Sequence record: OL960577.1
Length of the DNA: 64,000 nt
DNA from: Escherichia phage vB_EcoM_SA35RD
Strand: one strand, 5' to 3'
In this document: positions 47,954 to 57,429 of the stretch, in pieces
Layout: each line of letters opens with the position of its first letter
Position numbering within the stretch: position 1 is the first letter of the stretch
The notes under the pieces: generated by a model
Databases searched by the model: none
Told to the model about the DNA's origin: nothing
What the model saw: the letters and a program-made list of their open reading frames with translations, nothing else
Made by a program: the position numbers and the translations under genes

Positions 47954-48124
47954 TCAATATTCTCTATAAAAGTTACGATGAGAACGTTTAGCTTTGCGAA
48001 GCTGACGTTTAGTAGGACGAACTGTAAATGGTTGTCCAGAGAAAAAATTCGGATCGGTTTTAATAAGCAAATACCAATCATGCTTGCCATTTTTTAATAA
48101 ACGGTACAATAATTTAACTTGCAT
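47954..48124 (-). CDS. small basic protein, paralog of 47350..47529
   Basis: C-terminus TVRPTKRQLRKAKRSHRNFYREY resembles VTRPTKRMIRQYKRFHRDFYNVY. Confidence 0.3.
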   Translation of the reverse strand: MQVKLLYRLLKNGKHDWYLLIKTDPNFFSGQPFTVRPTKRQLRKAKRSHRNFYREY

Positions 48125-48252
48125 AATAATCTCTTCCCATCTCCATATCAATTAATTCATTTATTGAAGGTTCATCATAACACGTTTCTTCGTCGTTGTA
48201 AACTGTTTCGACGTCTGGCTCGACTGTCTCCCATCGAGCCGAATACCATGGC

Positions 48253-48609
48253 TTAACCCCGGAGTTTATTGAGCTCTTCATAATCAATCCAGGATTCTAG
48301 CCCTGACGGCAGGTCACATTCAATGTTCCACAGAAGCTCTTCAATGGCTTGCAGGCGATTATATTCTTCAACGGTAATGGTAACCATTGGTGCAACCGGT
48401 TCTGTCTTTTTAACCATCATGTCGTTCATCAGGACGTAAAGGTCATCACGAACGACAGTGTCGTTCCATCCCCATGATTTGGCTTCGTAAGCTAATGATG
48501 AAGGGAGCACATTTAAAACTTCAATAATAGTTGGAGCATCAGGACCAAGTTCATTGGCACAAACTTCGTATACATCTTGGAAATCTTTAAGATTTAATGA
48601 ATATGTCAT
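48253..48609 (-). CDS. hypothetical protein
   Basis: 118 aa ORF. Confidence 0.4.
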   Translation of the reverse strand: MTYSLNLKDFQDVYEVCANELGPDAPTIIEVLNVLPSSLAYEAKSWGWNDTVVRDDLYVLMNDMMVKKTEPVAPMVTITVEEYNRLQAIEELLWNIECDLPSGLESWIDYEELNKLRG

Positions 48610-48869
48610 TTAAAATATTCTCGTAGTTGGTCAAAGCCACCGATCGAAGTTCCATCAGGAGCAAACACTTGAGGCATAGTCAATCCGACTTGTGATTCAC
48701 GTCCAAGCTTAACCAGAAGCTCAGCAATTTTTTCTTCATCGAATACACCTTTTTCTGGCATAACATTAATGAATTCGAACGGCTGTTTCTTAACAGTCAG
48801 CAATCGTTTCGCATTATCACAATAAATGCATTTATGAATAATAGAGTCATACCCGTACACTTTAAACAT
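48606..48869 (-). CDS. nrdC: thioredoxin/glutaredoxin NrdC-like
   Basis: Active-site-like CIYCDNAKRL; size ~87 aa; start at MFKVYGYD. Confidence 0.6.
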   Translation of the reverse strand: MFKVYGYDSIIHKCIYCDNAKRLLTVKKQPFEFINVMPEKGVFDEEKIAELLVKLGRESQVGLTMPQVFAPDGTSIGGFDQLREYFK

Positions 48870-49275
48870 TATTTTTCCTTTCATCGATTAAATATGCAAT
48901 GCCAAATACAATACATGTAATAAAACCTGTTATACAGATAGAAACCAACAACACTGTACCAAAGAACCAAATCAAGTTATCTTTAGTAGTTTGTTTGATA
49001 TCCATCTCACGAATTTCTATAGCTATCGTATCACCTTTATTCAGAAGCGTATAAAACGAAGGTGATACACGCCTGTCAAAAACTCGTCCTTGCTCATCTT
49101 TATAGACTGCAATAAATTCTAATTTAGAATATTTTCCTGTAGATTGGCCTGAGATTAATTCCACTACCTCCACAGGAATTACTTTAGTTTCCATGTAAGT
49201 ATTCTGGCTGTTCCAAATGAATGGAATAATAGCAAAAACTAAAGCTGCGATAAAACAACGAAGGCTATATCTCAT
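48862..49275 (-). CDS. hypothetical membrane protein
   Basis: 137 aa; N- and C-terminal hydrophobic segments. Confidence 0.4.
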   Translation of the reverse strand: MRYSLRCFIAALVFAIIPFIWNSQNTYMETKVIPVEVVELISGQSTGKYSKLEFIAVYKDEQGRVFDRRVSPSFYTLLNKGDTIAIEIREMDIKQTTKDNLIWFFGTVLLVSICITGFITCIVFGIAYLIDERKNNV

Positions 49276-49580
49276 TATAATGTTCTCTCAAATTTGTGGA
49301 AGCATTTACGGCATTTCAATTTCAAGTTATCACTGGTCCAGTTAACCAGTTGGACTTGGATAGTTCCACATTCCGGACATGGATGTTTTGCTGCCGATTT
49401 GGCAGCATTTTCACGTCGTTCAACCATTTTCATTATTTCGTTCCATGCCGGAGGAACGAACTCTTCTTCACCATGAATTTTATCTCGCTGAACAAATTCA
49501 ATCTTTGAACTATCATCAATAAACTTAACTAAGCCATGATTAGTGCTCATATCAATATCCTCTAGAAGACGTAGGTTCAT
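49275..49580 (-). CDS. zinc-ribbon protein
   Basis: 101 aa; CPECG...CRKC. Confidence 0.4.
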   Translation of the reverse strand: MNLRLLEDIDMSTNHGLVKFIDDSSKIEFVQRDKIHGEEEFVPPAWNEIMKMVERRENAAKSAAKHPCPECGTIQVQLVNWTSDNLKLKCRKCFHKFERTL

Positions 49581-50527
49581 TATAACACCTCAATGGCATT
49601 TCGTAAACCATCCGCTTTCGCGTTCAGAGCTTTTAACGATTTAGTCTGTTCTTTAATCTGGGCTTCGACTTCTTTAAGACGAGATTTGAGATATTCACGT
49701 TCTTCGCTCAAGTTGTCAACTTTTTCTACTTTAGGTTCTTTAATAGTCTTAAGTTTATACTCGTTAGGGTTCTTCAACTTAATTTGAATGCGAGAACTGA
49801 ATAACATCGAACCGTTATCTTCGGTTTCGTCATACATTTCTACTACGTCCATGATTCTTAACATCATGCGAAGTTTATAAGACAGCGAACGAACGGTTTT
49901 ATTGTGCTTCTTAATTTCTTCAGCTTTCATGGTGCCGAGATTACGTGAGTAGTAATAAGGAACCTGGATATCAATTGACAATGATGCGTTACCATTACCT
50001 GTTGGTTTGAATACTGCAGTAACCCAATCTTTAACATGAACTTTATTTGTACGATCATCGCCACCAGTGAATAATTTACGAGAATGTTTAAAAAGCATAT
50101 TCACTTGGTTATTGAATTCACAAGCAAATTTATCAGCAAATTTAGTTTCAGGAATGGTAGATAACCAATCAGCCAAATGAGTCTTTTTAACATCATTAAC
50201 AATAGTGAATTCAACCAAATCGGTTTTAGATGTCACAGATTTAATAAAGCTCGGCTTCATAAAGTTTTTAATGTTATCGCGAGCTACAGTAGAAGATAAT
50301 AAACGAGAACGTTTGAACCATTGAAGCAGCGTCCCTAATGAATGAGAATATGCATTTTGAGTATCTTTACAGATATGATTTTCTTGGCCTGTGTATGTAA
50401 GAAAATCACGAAGAATACTATAAACCACACCTTTATGTGGAACATCAGTCCAAGCACCAGTAGCACGTTGAGCGTGAGCGTTAGCGATAAGACCGGCAAA
50501 GTATTCAATGTAATGTGAACGTGTCAT
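49580..50527 (-). CDS. hypothetical protein with C-terminal coiled coil
   Basis: 315 aa; heptad-rich C-terminus; palindrome-containing promoter cassette upstream. Confidence 0.5.
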   Translation of the reverse strand: MTRSHYIEYFAGLIANAHAQRATGAWTDVPHKGVVYSILRDFLTYTGQENHICKDTQNAYSHSLGTLLQWFKRSRLLSSTVARDNIKNFMKPSFIKSVTSKTDLVEFTIVNDVKKTHLADWLSTIPETKFADKFACEFNNQVNMLFKHSRKLFTGGDDRTNKVHVKDWVTAVFKPTGNGNASLSIDIQVPYYYSRNLGTMKAEEIKKHNKTVRSLSYKLRMMLRIMDVVEMYDETEDNGSMLFSSRIQIKLKNPNEYKLKTIKEPKVEKVDNLSEEREYLKSRLKEVEAQIKEQTKSLKALNAKADGLRNAIEVL

Positions 50528-50554
50528 AATATTTTCCTCTCGTTAAGATAGGTT

Positions 50555-50584
50555 CATTATACTCCAACCATCCTTGGTTGTAAA
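50555..50584 (-). promoter_or_regulatory. promoter cassette with internal palindrome
   Basis: GTTTAC-CAACCA-TCCT-TGGTTG-GAG-TATAAT. Confidence 0.5.
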
Positions 50585-50589
50585 CTGAT

Positions 50590-51549
50590 TTATGATTTTA
50601 ATGCATTCATTGCGTTAAAAAGTTTAGAGTACTGCAACTGGAGATTGGTCACCACCTGTTGAGCATCACGAAGCTTAGCTTGTGCTTTGTCAAGTTCAAC
50701 GGACAGTTGGTCTACAGTAGCCTTGATTTGGTTGTAATGATAATCTTCGGCCGGAAGAAGGTCATTAGAAACATTTAGTTTTACTGCCGACAGTTTGCAC
50801 ACATTTGGCAAACCTTTAAACATACCAGATTGTGCTGGAGAATATGCGCCTAGAACCTCTGCATTACCGACTGGTGTTGCTGTAATATTGCCTTCAAACA
50901 ATGCATTTTCCTTTTTAAGATTTTGATAGTATTCAGAGTCTTTGTGCCACCATGGCGCAGGAACCTTTTTACCAATAGATACACGAGCTTGGATAGCGAT
51001 ATGGCCCTTATTCTTGATAGGGTCGATAATATTAAGCTCACGAGAATAAATTGCTTTAATCTGGTGGATATTATCACCTAAAACTTCCAACGCTTGGTGA
51101 AATACACGAGCAACGTTATCATTCTTAGGTTTATACGTAAGAGTGAACTCATTCTCACTGATAACCATGATTTCCAACTTATCATAAGTATATTTCAAAT
51201 GTTTCATGTTAATTGCTTGAGGACGAATACGAGAAGCAATGGCCATCAGATTGTTAAGGTTATTCCGGAACTGCTTAGCGAAATATTGTCCTTCACCGCC
51301 AATACAAAAATTACGAAGTTTCTGTTTGGCCAATAAACGGCTGAACTCACCATTTTTAATGAACTCTTTAACGGGTGTGTTAGTAACACATTCAAATTGA
51401 GTAAACTTACGAGAATTAATCCCATAATACGAACAGATTTCCTCAATCTCTTCAGGAGTCTTTACAGGCATACGGATAGGATTAGGTCCTGGAGTATATG
51501 CGTTCGAGGTAAATTCTTTGATAAGTTCTCTACGTGTAATAAAAGCCAT
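50590..51549 (-). CDS. hypothetical protein with C-terminal coiled coil
   Basis: 319 aa; GAGGAA SD; palindrome promoter cassette upstream. Confidence 0.5.
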   Translation of the reverse strand: MAFITRRELIKEFTSNAYTPGPNPIRMPVKTPEEIEEICSYYGINSRKFTQFECVTNTPVKEFIKNGEFSRLLAKQKLRNFCIGGEGQYFAKQFRNNLNNLMAIASRIRPQAINMKHLKYTYDKLEIMVISENEFTLTYKPKNDNVARVFHQALEVLGDNIHQIKAIYSRELNIIDPIKNKGHIAIQARVSIGKKVPAPWWHKDSEYYQNLKKENALFEGNITATPVGNAEVLGAYSPAQSGMFKGLPNVCKLSAVKLNVSNDLLPAEDYHYNQIKATVDQLSVELDKAQAKLRDAQQVVTNLQLQYSKLFNAMNALKS

Positions 51550-51575
51550 TTTATATTCCTCATGTTGAAAAATTT

Positions 51576-51605
51576 ATTATACTCCAACCATCCTTGGTTG
51601 TACAT
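51576..51605 (-). promoter_or_regulatory. promoter cassette with internal palindrome
   Basis: GTACAA-CCAAGGATGGTTGG-AG-TATAAT. Confidence 0.5.
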
Positions 51606-52600
51606 CATTCCTTAAGAAGTTTTACTACCTGAATAAGATTAGCTCGTTCTGTTTTATTTTTACCATTTAAGCCTGCTAATCGTGAGATTTCATCGTCAGT
51701 CTGTTGAATAGTTACATTAAGTTCGTTAATCAAAGCTTCAAAGTATTTGATTTGCTCAGCATGTTTTGATTCAAATTTCTGAACCGGAATAACGTCTTGG
51801 TTTAGTTCATCAATAAGGTCTTTAAGAGCATCTTCTTGGTTGATATCATATTCAACTTCTTTTATTTCTTCAACGAGCTCGTCTTTATATCTAACGTCTT
51901 TTAGTCCTGGTGCTGGTCCTGAAATCTCTTCTTTAAGAGTACAAACATATCCAATACGGTATCCAATGCCGTCTCGCTTGATATCAACTTCGTCGATAAA
52001 TCCACAATGTTTAAGCCCGGAGCCGATTATGTCAAAATATCCTTGACGTCGTCCTTCAAACGTTACACGAACTACTAAGACAGTTTTACCTGCAACCTTT
52101 TGAAGCTCACATTTATAAAAGTCAGTTGAACCTGAATAACGTGGATGAGTTTTAAAGTTCATCTGACGATCTAGGCCCATTTGTAAGCGTGCTGTTACGG
52201 CCATAAAACGTGTTTGGTTCTCGTTAAGATGAGCAACAATCCATTTCAAAGGCATTTTACACTGTTCACGGCCGAACAAATCGGTACGTCCTAAATTACG
52301 CAGGATATTGTTAGAGTTAATCATCGACAGAACGTTAAGTTTATTCAGCGCGCTGAAGATTCCATCAGCCATTGATTTTCCATAACCTTTACACGCTTTA
52401 ATAAGTGCTCGCGGCAGATTAGTATAGATTTCAGACGGCATATGAAAATCAAATTTACTAACCAGTAATTGATGAACTTGGATAGCAATTTGTTCATAAT
52501 TAAGTGCTCTGCGATCGTTATGGTCTTTAAACCACACTTTAATCTGTGAAGCACATAAACCGTTAATTTCATGTTTTACCGCATCAGATGTAATGCTCAT
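51605..52600 (-). CDS. hypothetical protein with C-terminal coiled coil
   Basis: 331 aa. Confidence 0.5.
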   Translation of the reverse strand: MSITSDAVKHEINGLCASQIKVWFKDHNDRRALNYEQIAIQVHQLLVSKFDFHMPSEIYTNLPRALIKACKGYGKSMADGIFSALNKLNVLSMINSNNILRNLGRTDLFGREQCKMPLKWIVAHLNENQTRFMAVTARLQMGLDRQMNFKTHPRYSGSTDFYKCELQKVAGKTVLVVRVTFEGRRQGYFDIIGSGLKHCGFIDEVDIKRDGIGYRIGYVCTLKEEISGPAPGLKDVRYKDELVEEIKEVEYDINQEDALKDLIDELNQDVIPVQKFESKHAEQIKYFEALINELNVTIQQTDDEISRLAGLNGKNKTERANLIQVVKLLKE

Positions 52601-52662
52601 AACTATTTCCTCAGATTGAATTGGAACTCAAAACCATTATAACCCGTCCTTGGGTAAAGCGT

Positions 52663-53190
52663 TTATGCGTGAACCGTCTTTAAACGTTCTTCAAATTTCC
52701 GAAGAGTACTAATACGTTCTGCTTTCTGTTTTGTATAGTTTGCAATACGTTCTGAAGTGAGAGCGTATCGTTCGTTTACTGTTTCTTTCATGAAGTCAGG
52801 GATTTCACGAGAAGCTTTAATTTCATCAAACTTATCGAGTACTGCCTGGTCTTCAGCGATTAAATTTTCGTACATCTCGATATCTTTCTTGATAAACTCG
52901 ATATCTTCCTGGGTTACTTTGGATAAACGAGATGCTTTATCCTTTTTGTACTGCTCGTTAGTTTCACGAGACCAGAATAATGTACGTTTTTTGTTGGTGT
53001 TTTTGTAGACTTCCACAATTCCAACTGAATCGATGATAACGATCCAATTCCAGCGAGATTTGAAAATCTGTCCTCCGTCCACGGTAATCTCGTTACCATA
53101 AGCAATGTCATTAAAGAACTTACTTTGTGCTTCAGATTTAAATTTACCGTCGTTATAATTTACCAGGTTGAAAATATCTTTAGCGTTCAT
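52663..53190 (-). CDS. hypothetical protein
   Basis: 175 aa; promoter cassette upstream. Confidence 0.45.
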   Translation of the reverse strand: MNAKDIFNLVNYNDGKFKSEAQSKFFNDIAYGNEITVDGGQIFKSRWNWIVIIDSVGIVEVYKNTNKKRTLFWSRETNEQYKKDKASRLSKVTQEDIEFIKKDIEMYENLIAEDQAVLDKFDEIKASREIPDFMKETVNERYALTSERIANYTKQKAERISTLRKFEERLKTVHA

Positions 53191-53217
53191 GTTTTACCTC
53201 CAGTAGTTGATAGGTCT

Positions 53218-53246
53218 ATAATAACATAACTATAGACCTTGTAAAC
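53218..53246 (-). promoter_or_regulatory. T4-type early promoter-like element
   Basis: GTTTAC-17nt-TATTAT-AGACCTATC; ~30 bp identical to locus at 20060-20090. Confidence 0.45.
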
Positions 53247-53248
53247 AA

Positions 53249-53536
53249 CTAAAAGAAACTTTTTTCGGTATTTTTTCCACTGAACCAAACAGACTTCGGG
53301 ATTTTTTGTAATTTTTCAGATTTAAGTTTCTCTTCCTGTTCTTTCTTATATACACCCTTGTCGTACTGGAGCGTCTCTATGGCATTCTTTTGCAAACGAT
53401 CTAAGGTAATTAAGGCTTTAGTTTTTCCTTTCAAGGAAGAGTCCTGGCGAACCTCCTCACTATATTGCATCGTAGAACTAACCATACGATGAGCATACAG
53501 TTCGACTGCGGCTTTAATTTTTTGCATAAAATCCAT
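53249..53536 (-). CDS. hypothetical protein
   Basis: 95 aa ORF. Confidence 0.4.
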   Translation of the reverse strand: MDFMQKIKAAVELYAHRMVSSTMQYSEEVRQDSSLKGKTKALITLDRLQKNAIETLQYDKGVYKKEQEEKLKSEKLQKIPKSVWFSGKNTEKSFF

Positions 53537-53673
53537 AACATATCCTCTTTGATTTGTACATCATTATTTTAAATATTTCTATGCCCTCAGTAGGTTCCTG
53601 GTGTCCTTCTTTGAGGTAAGCCATATGATTATTCATCTTTATGGCTTTTGTTACCTCAGAACTTCCTATAAGC

Positions 53674-54675
53674 TTATTTCAGTAAAGTTACTTCAGAGAT
53701 TTCCTCCCAACCATCTTTATCAGTTGAAATAAAATCTGCTACATAAAGAGCGGTACGTAATGATACATTGCGAAGACGAGATACATTAGCCTTCATCCAG
53801 GACAATGCTTTATACGTTTCTGCATCAGTCAGACCACGTTTCTGCATCATGTCAGTAGATAATATTACATCTTCAACTCGAACCATAATCTCTTCATTAG
53901 AGTGTACTCCAAGGTCGAGATACACTGAGCGAGATACTAAAGCTTGAAGGTGTGGAGCAAGTTTCGAACCGCGTTCTAACTCTTTATCGATATCAACGTT
54001 TGTAATGAAAACGATAGTACCTTCAAACTCAAATTCTTTATCAATACCCTTATCATCGAGATAAGATGACGCAGTGCTCCAACAAACTTTGCGTTTATCA
54101 CCGGTATCTAATGCTGCTTTAAGAAGGTTCAGGATGTCCATATCTGAGAATACGTCAACGTCATCGATTAAGAGAACGCTGTCTGCATCACGGTTGAGCC
54201 AAAGTTGTTCGTAAAGGCCAATACCAGAGATTTTACCATTAATGCTTTTGTATTTGATGAAACCATTATCATTAGCATTATTAAGTGCTTTATCCAGAGA
54301 ATACGTCTTACCAATACCGGCTGCACCTGAAATAATGAGTGAACGAATTTTGCCATCGATAATGCCATTCGTCATCATGTTCATTACTTTAAAGCGTTTG
54401 TTGATACGAGTTTTCATATCTTCAGTGCTTTCAACAACTGCAACTGGTGATGTCTCAACTCCTTCCATTACGATGTCTGATTTGAAGACCCATACTCCAC
54501 GTTCAGAACCATCAATCATAACGAAAATTTTACCGTCACCTAAGTGGGAACATTCAGGATTAAGCTTTGCTGGGAACCAGGTCTTTGTGGCAACATAAGA
54601 ACCAGAGATTTCGTTATTACGATAGATACCTTTTTTGATTTGAACGTTGAACATTTTATTCTCCAATTTACTCAT
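53674..54675 (-). CDS. P-loop ATPase (Walker A/B)
   Basis: 333 aa; Walker A GAAGIGKT, Walker B LLIDDVD. Confidence 0.5.
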   Translation of the reverse strand: MSKLENKMFNVQIKKGIYRNNEISGSYVATKTWFPAKLNPECSHLGDGKIFVMIDGSERGVWVFKSDIVMEGVETSPVAVVESTEDMKTRINKRFKVMNMMTNGIIDGKIRSLIISGAAGIGKTYSLDKALNNANDNGFIKYKSINGKISGIGLYEQLWLNRDADSVLLIDDVDVFSDMDILNLLKAALDTGDKRKVCWSTASSYLDDKGIDKEFEFEGTIVFITNVDIDKELERGSKLAPHLQALVSRSVYLDLGVHSNEEIMVRVEDVILSTDMMQKRGLTDAETYKALSWMKANVSRLRNVSLRTALYVADFISTDKDGWEEISEVTLLK

Positions 54676-54692
54676 TTCGTTTCGATAGGTCT

Positions 54693-54721
54693 ATAATAAC
54701 ATATCCTAAAAGCATGTACAC
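54693..54721 (-). promoter_or_regulatory. T4-type early promoter-like element
   Basis: GTGTAC-17nt-TATTAT-AGACCTATC. Confidence 0.4.
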
Positions 54722-54739
54722 TACTTTTTAAAAATATTT

Positions 54740-54767
54740 TAACCCCCTAAAGGGACCCGAAGGTCCC
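54740..54767 (-). terminator. hairpin with UUCG loop downstream of secreted-protein gene
   Basis: GGGACC-CGAA-GGTCCC; moderately U-rich after on minus RNA. Confidence 0.35.
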
Positions 54768-54772
54768 CACAT

Positions 54773-55054
54773 TTACTTATCACACTTAGCAACATAATTA
54801 GGCATATCACAGAATACGGAGCGAGTAACTACTCGACCCTTTGACCATGCTTCAGTTGCTTGTCCGGCCGTGCTATTAATATAGCTTGATTTAATGTTCT
54901 CAATACCCTGAGAATGTGATGCATTTACCGAACCATTGGAAGGCCCAGAAGACTGGTTACCACCAGCTCCTGCACTACCGCTGGCTGCACCCGTGGTAGC
55001 ACCAACAGAGAATGCCATCATTACTGCGAATAAACCAATTGCTAATTTTTTCAT
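54773..55054 (-). CDS. secreted Gly/Ser-rich small protein
   Basis: 93 aa; signal peptide then GATTGAASGSAGAGG. Confidence 0.4.
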   Translation of the reverse strand: MKKLAIGLFAVMMAFSVGATTGAASGSAGAGGNQSSGPSNGSVNASHSQGIENIKSSYINSTAGQATEAWSKGRVVTRSVFCDMPNYVAKCDK

Positions 55055-55085
55055 ATTTACCTCAAGTTAAGGGTTATTTATCTAC

Positions 55086-56075
55086 TTATTTATAGTAAGA
55101 ATTATGATTTTCGAGATAGACTTGCTCAAGGAAATCATCCCAGAAACTCATATCTACTTTTTGTTGCATACCATTCTTGGCAGCTTGTTCTGACGCATGT
55201 TCAACTTGGTCAACGATATCTTCTAGGAATTCTTGTACAGTTTTAAACGTATGTTTACCAAGCTTAACATCGAGAATAAATGGAGCATCCTGAAGTGGGT
55301 AAACCAGGTCGCCGGTTTTGTAAATTTCCAATAATTGAAGTCCACCACGACACGCATGACTCAATGCTTTCCAGTCAATACCTTCGTTAGCTTCTGCCTT
55401 ACGAGCACGTTCACCATAGTTCTCTTCCAGTTTAACCAAGATGGCATTGAACTCTTTATTGGTTAACGTGTCTTGGAATTTACGGTCTAACAGATTATAG
55501 AATGTTTGCTTACCTGTTTTCTCGTTTTCGGTTTCAACCCACGAAGCAAATTCACCTATAGGCAGAACATTCTTCATATGTGATAAACGAATTACTGCAC
55601 CGTTATCAAAGTATTGTCCCCATTCATTAGAACGTTTAAGGGCTTGACGAAGAACAGCCAGTCGAGAACCCTTGACACCATATTTAGAAGCTTGCTTACG
55701 GACGTACCCTAAATAAGATTTCATGTTAGTGGTATAGAAACGAGACCTGTTATCTTGAATATACTTCCATACATCAGGCAAATCAGATTTAACTACTAAA
55801 CTTTGTGGAGTGTGAAGCATATCTAATGCGACAGTTTCACCGTCCGCAGCTAGTTTAAAGAAATATTTGAGACTATACAACTCATGGTCCACGTCGTCTT
55901 TTGTGTTCTTAGAAGATGTGTTATTCGTGTTCTTGCTCATATGTTCTTTAACGTTACCGGTCAAGATATCACGAGCATGAGGGACATAAATTTCTTTAAA
56001 ATCAACGTCAGATTCTGGGGTAGACGTTCCATAAAGGTGGCTACCAAAGTAGCCTTTCATAATTGTTTTCATCAT
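55086..56075 (-). CDS. Pol-beta superfamily nucleotidyltransferase
   Basis: 329 aa; GSHLYGTSTPESDVDF fits G[SG]-x(9-13)-D-x-[DE]; further acidic residues DVDHE/ALDML. Confidence 0.45.
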   Translation of the reverse strand: MMKTIMKGYFGSHLYGTSTPESDVDFKEIYVPHARDILTGNVKEHMSKNTNNTSSKNTKDDVDHELYSLKYFFKLAADGETVALDMLHTPQSLVVKSDLPDVWKYIQDNRSRFYTTNMKSYLGYVRKQASKYGVKGSRLAVLRQALKRSNEWGQYFDNGAVIRLSHMKNVLPIGEFASWVETENEKTGKQTFYNLLDRKFQDTLTNKEFNAILVKLEENYGERARKAEANEGIDWKALSHACRGGLQLLEIYKTGDLVYPLQDAPFILDVKLGKHTFKTVQEFLEDIVDQVEHASEQAAKNGMQQKVDMSFWDDFLEQVYLENHNSYYK

Positions 56076-56545
56076 TTAGCCTTATATTCAAGAGTAGGAC
56101 AGACTTTTTCTTTACGAGCTTTAAGGTATTCACCTATTAATGATTTCTTACGTTCAATAGGCTCAAGTCCATTTTTAATTCGTTCTTGGTTTTGCGCAAT
56201 GAGCTCAATTTCTTTATAATATTTTCTGTCGTTATATTTGTCTAACAACCAAGACGGACCAATTACCAACCCGGTAGCAATAAAAGCCATGACTGCTACC
56301 ATTAAAATGCCTACACCAATTGAAGCCGGAACTAATGTCCATAGACTGCTAAAAACAAAGAATTTAGTTAAAATTTCCTGGCCAATGATTGTGACTGCTG
56401 CTAAAATCGCAAATCCAATAATTGAAACAGCCAATACCGGGATTAACGTTTTCCAAAAATAAGCACACAACGTTTTCGGACGATTCCATGTACTATTGAA
56501 CGCGGCATAAAGTTTAAAGTGCCAAGAGTTTTCATTGATAATCAT
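56072..56545 (-). CDS. hypothetical membrane protein
   Basis: 157 aa; multiple hydrophobic segments. Confidence 0.45.
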   Translation of the reverse strand: MIINENSWHFKLYAAFNSTWNRPKTLCAYFWKTLIPVLAVSIIGFAILAAVTIIGQEILTKFFVFSSLWTLVPASIGVGILMVAVMAFIATGLVIGPSWLLDKYNDRKYYKEIELIAQNQERIKNGLEPIERKKSLIGEYLKARKEKVCPTLEYKAK

Positions 56546-56554
56546 AATAATTCC

Positions 56555-57085
56555 TTATTTCAAAGTTGGGATAATAGAATCGAGATAAGCTTTAAGAGCA
56601 ACTGCTTCATCTTTGTCTAATGTAATGATATGTTGACGAAGGTCATCAATTTGACGAATAACTACGACATCACCATCTTCATAAGAAGGATTAACGCCTA
56701 GGACTGTTGTATAGTCAGGGCGGTCCTGATTTGTAATAAAAGCATTACGGCATTTAGCCCATTGAAGTTTGGCCTTTTTAGCTGTTTCAGATTCCACGAA
56801 TTCTTTCACCTTAGTGACGAATGTTTTCCAATTATTAATAGAAAAACATTCGTCTTCAGTTTCGATATTAACCCCACTATAAAGTCCATGATAAAAACGA
56901 ACTTGAAGGTCTTCGTCAATGTTAATTACAGATGCATGGCCCGGTGGATTGAGTTTCAAAATCTTGTCCAGTTCCATAGGAAGAATAGTAGCAGCATCAT
57001 CTTCTTGTGTCAGAACATACACATAACCACGTTTTTCGATACATAAATCACCAAACAACTCGGTTGTTTCAATTACAGTTTTCAT
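56555..57085 (-). CDS. hypothetical protein
   Basis: 176 aa ORF. Confidence 0.45.
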   Translation of the reverse strand: MKTVIETTELFGDLCIEKRGYVYVLTQEDDAATILPMELDKILKLNPPGHASVINIDEDLQVRFYHGLYSGVNIETEDECFSINNWKTFVTKVKEFVESETAKKAKLQWAKCRNAFITNQDRPDYTTVLGVNPSYEDGDVVVIRQIDDLRQHIITLDKDEAVALKAYLDSIIPTLK

Positions 57086-57265
57086 TTATTCACCAATTAA
57101 AGTTTCAACAAAATTCACCAAAGCATTCTGGCAAGCATCAACCTGATTTTCGTAAAAGTCTCCGCTATCATTTACCGCATGATAAGCTACATCATTCAAA
57201 TCTGAATCGGCTTCACGTAAGTCACGGATAAGGTCCATCAATTTATTAGCTTGTTCACGGGTCAT
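57086..57265 (-). CDS. hypothetical small acidic protein
   Basis: Hand translation MTREQANKLMDLIRDLREADSDLNDVAYHAVNDSGDFYENQVDACQNALVNFVETLIGE; TAAATG junction with downstream gene. Confidence 0.3.
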   Translation of the reverse strand: MTREQANKLMDLIRDLREADSDLNDVAYHAVNDSGDFYENQVDACQNALVNFVETLIGE

Positions 57266-57429
57266 TTTACCATACTCGTTTCAATAAGATTCACTATGCC
57301 GTTTACCATGTTATAAGTAAACATCGGATAATTGTATTGTACTACAACATAAGCGATAAGCAAAAGTTTCATTTTGTTCTCCATTTGTTTTGGTAGGATT
57401 ACTATATCATAGTCCTACCAAGACGTAAA

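Noticed and set aside
50850-51446. Minus and plus-strand small ORFs inside 50590..51549
   Set aside because: Nested alternative-frame ORFs within a 319-aa gene that has a clear promoter and SD; likely spurious.
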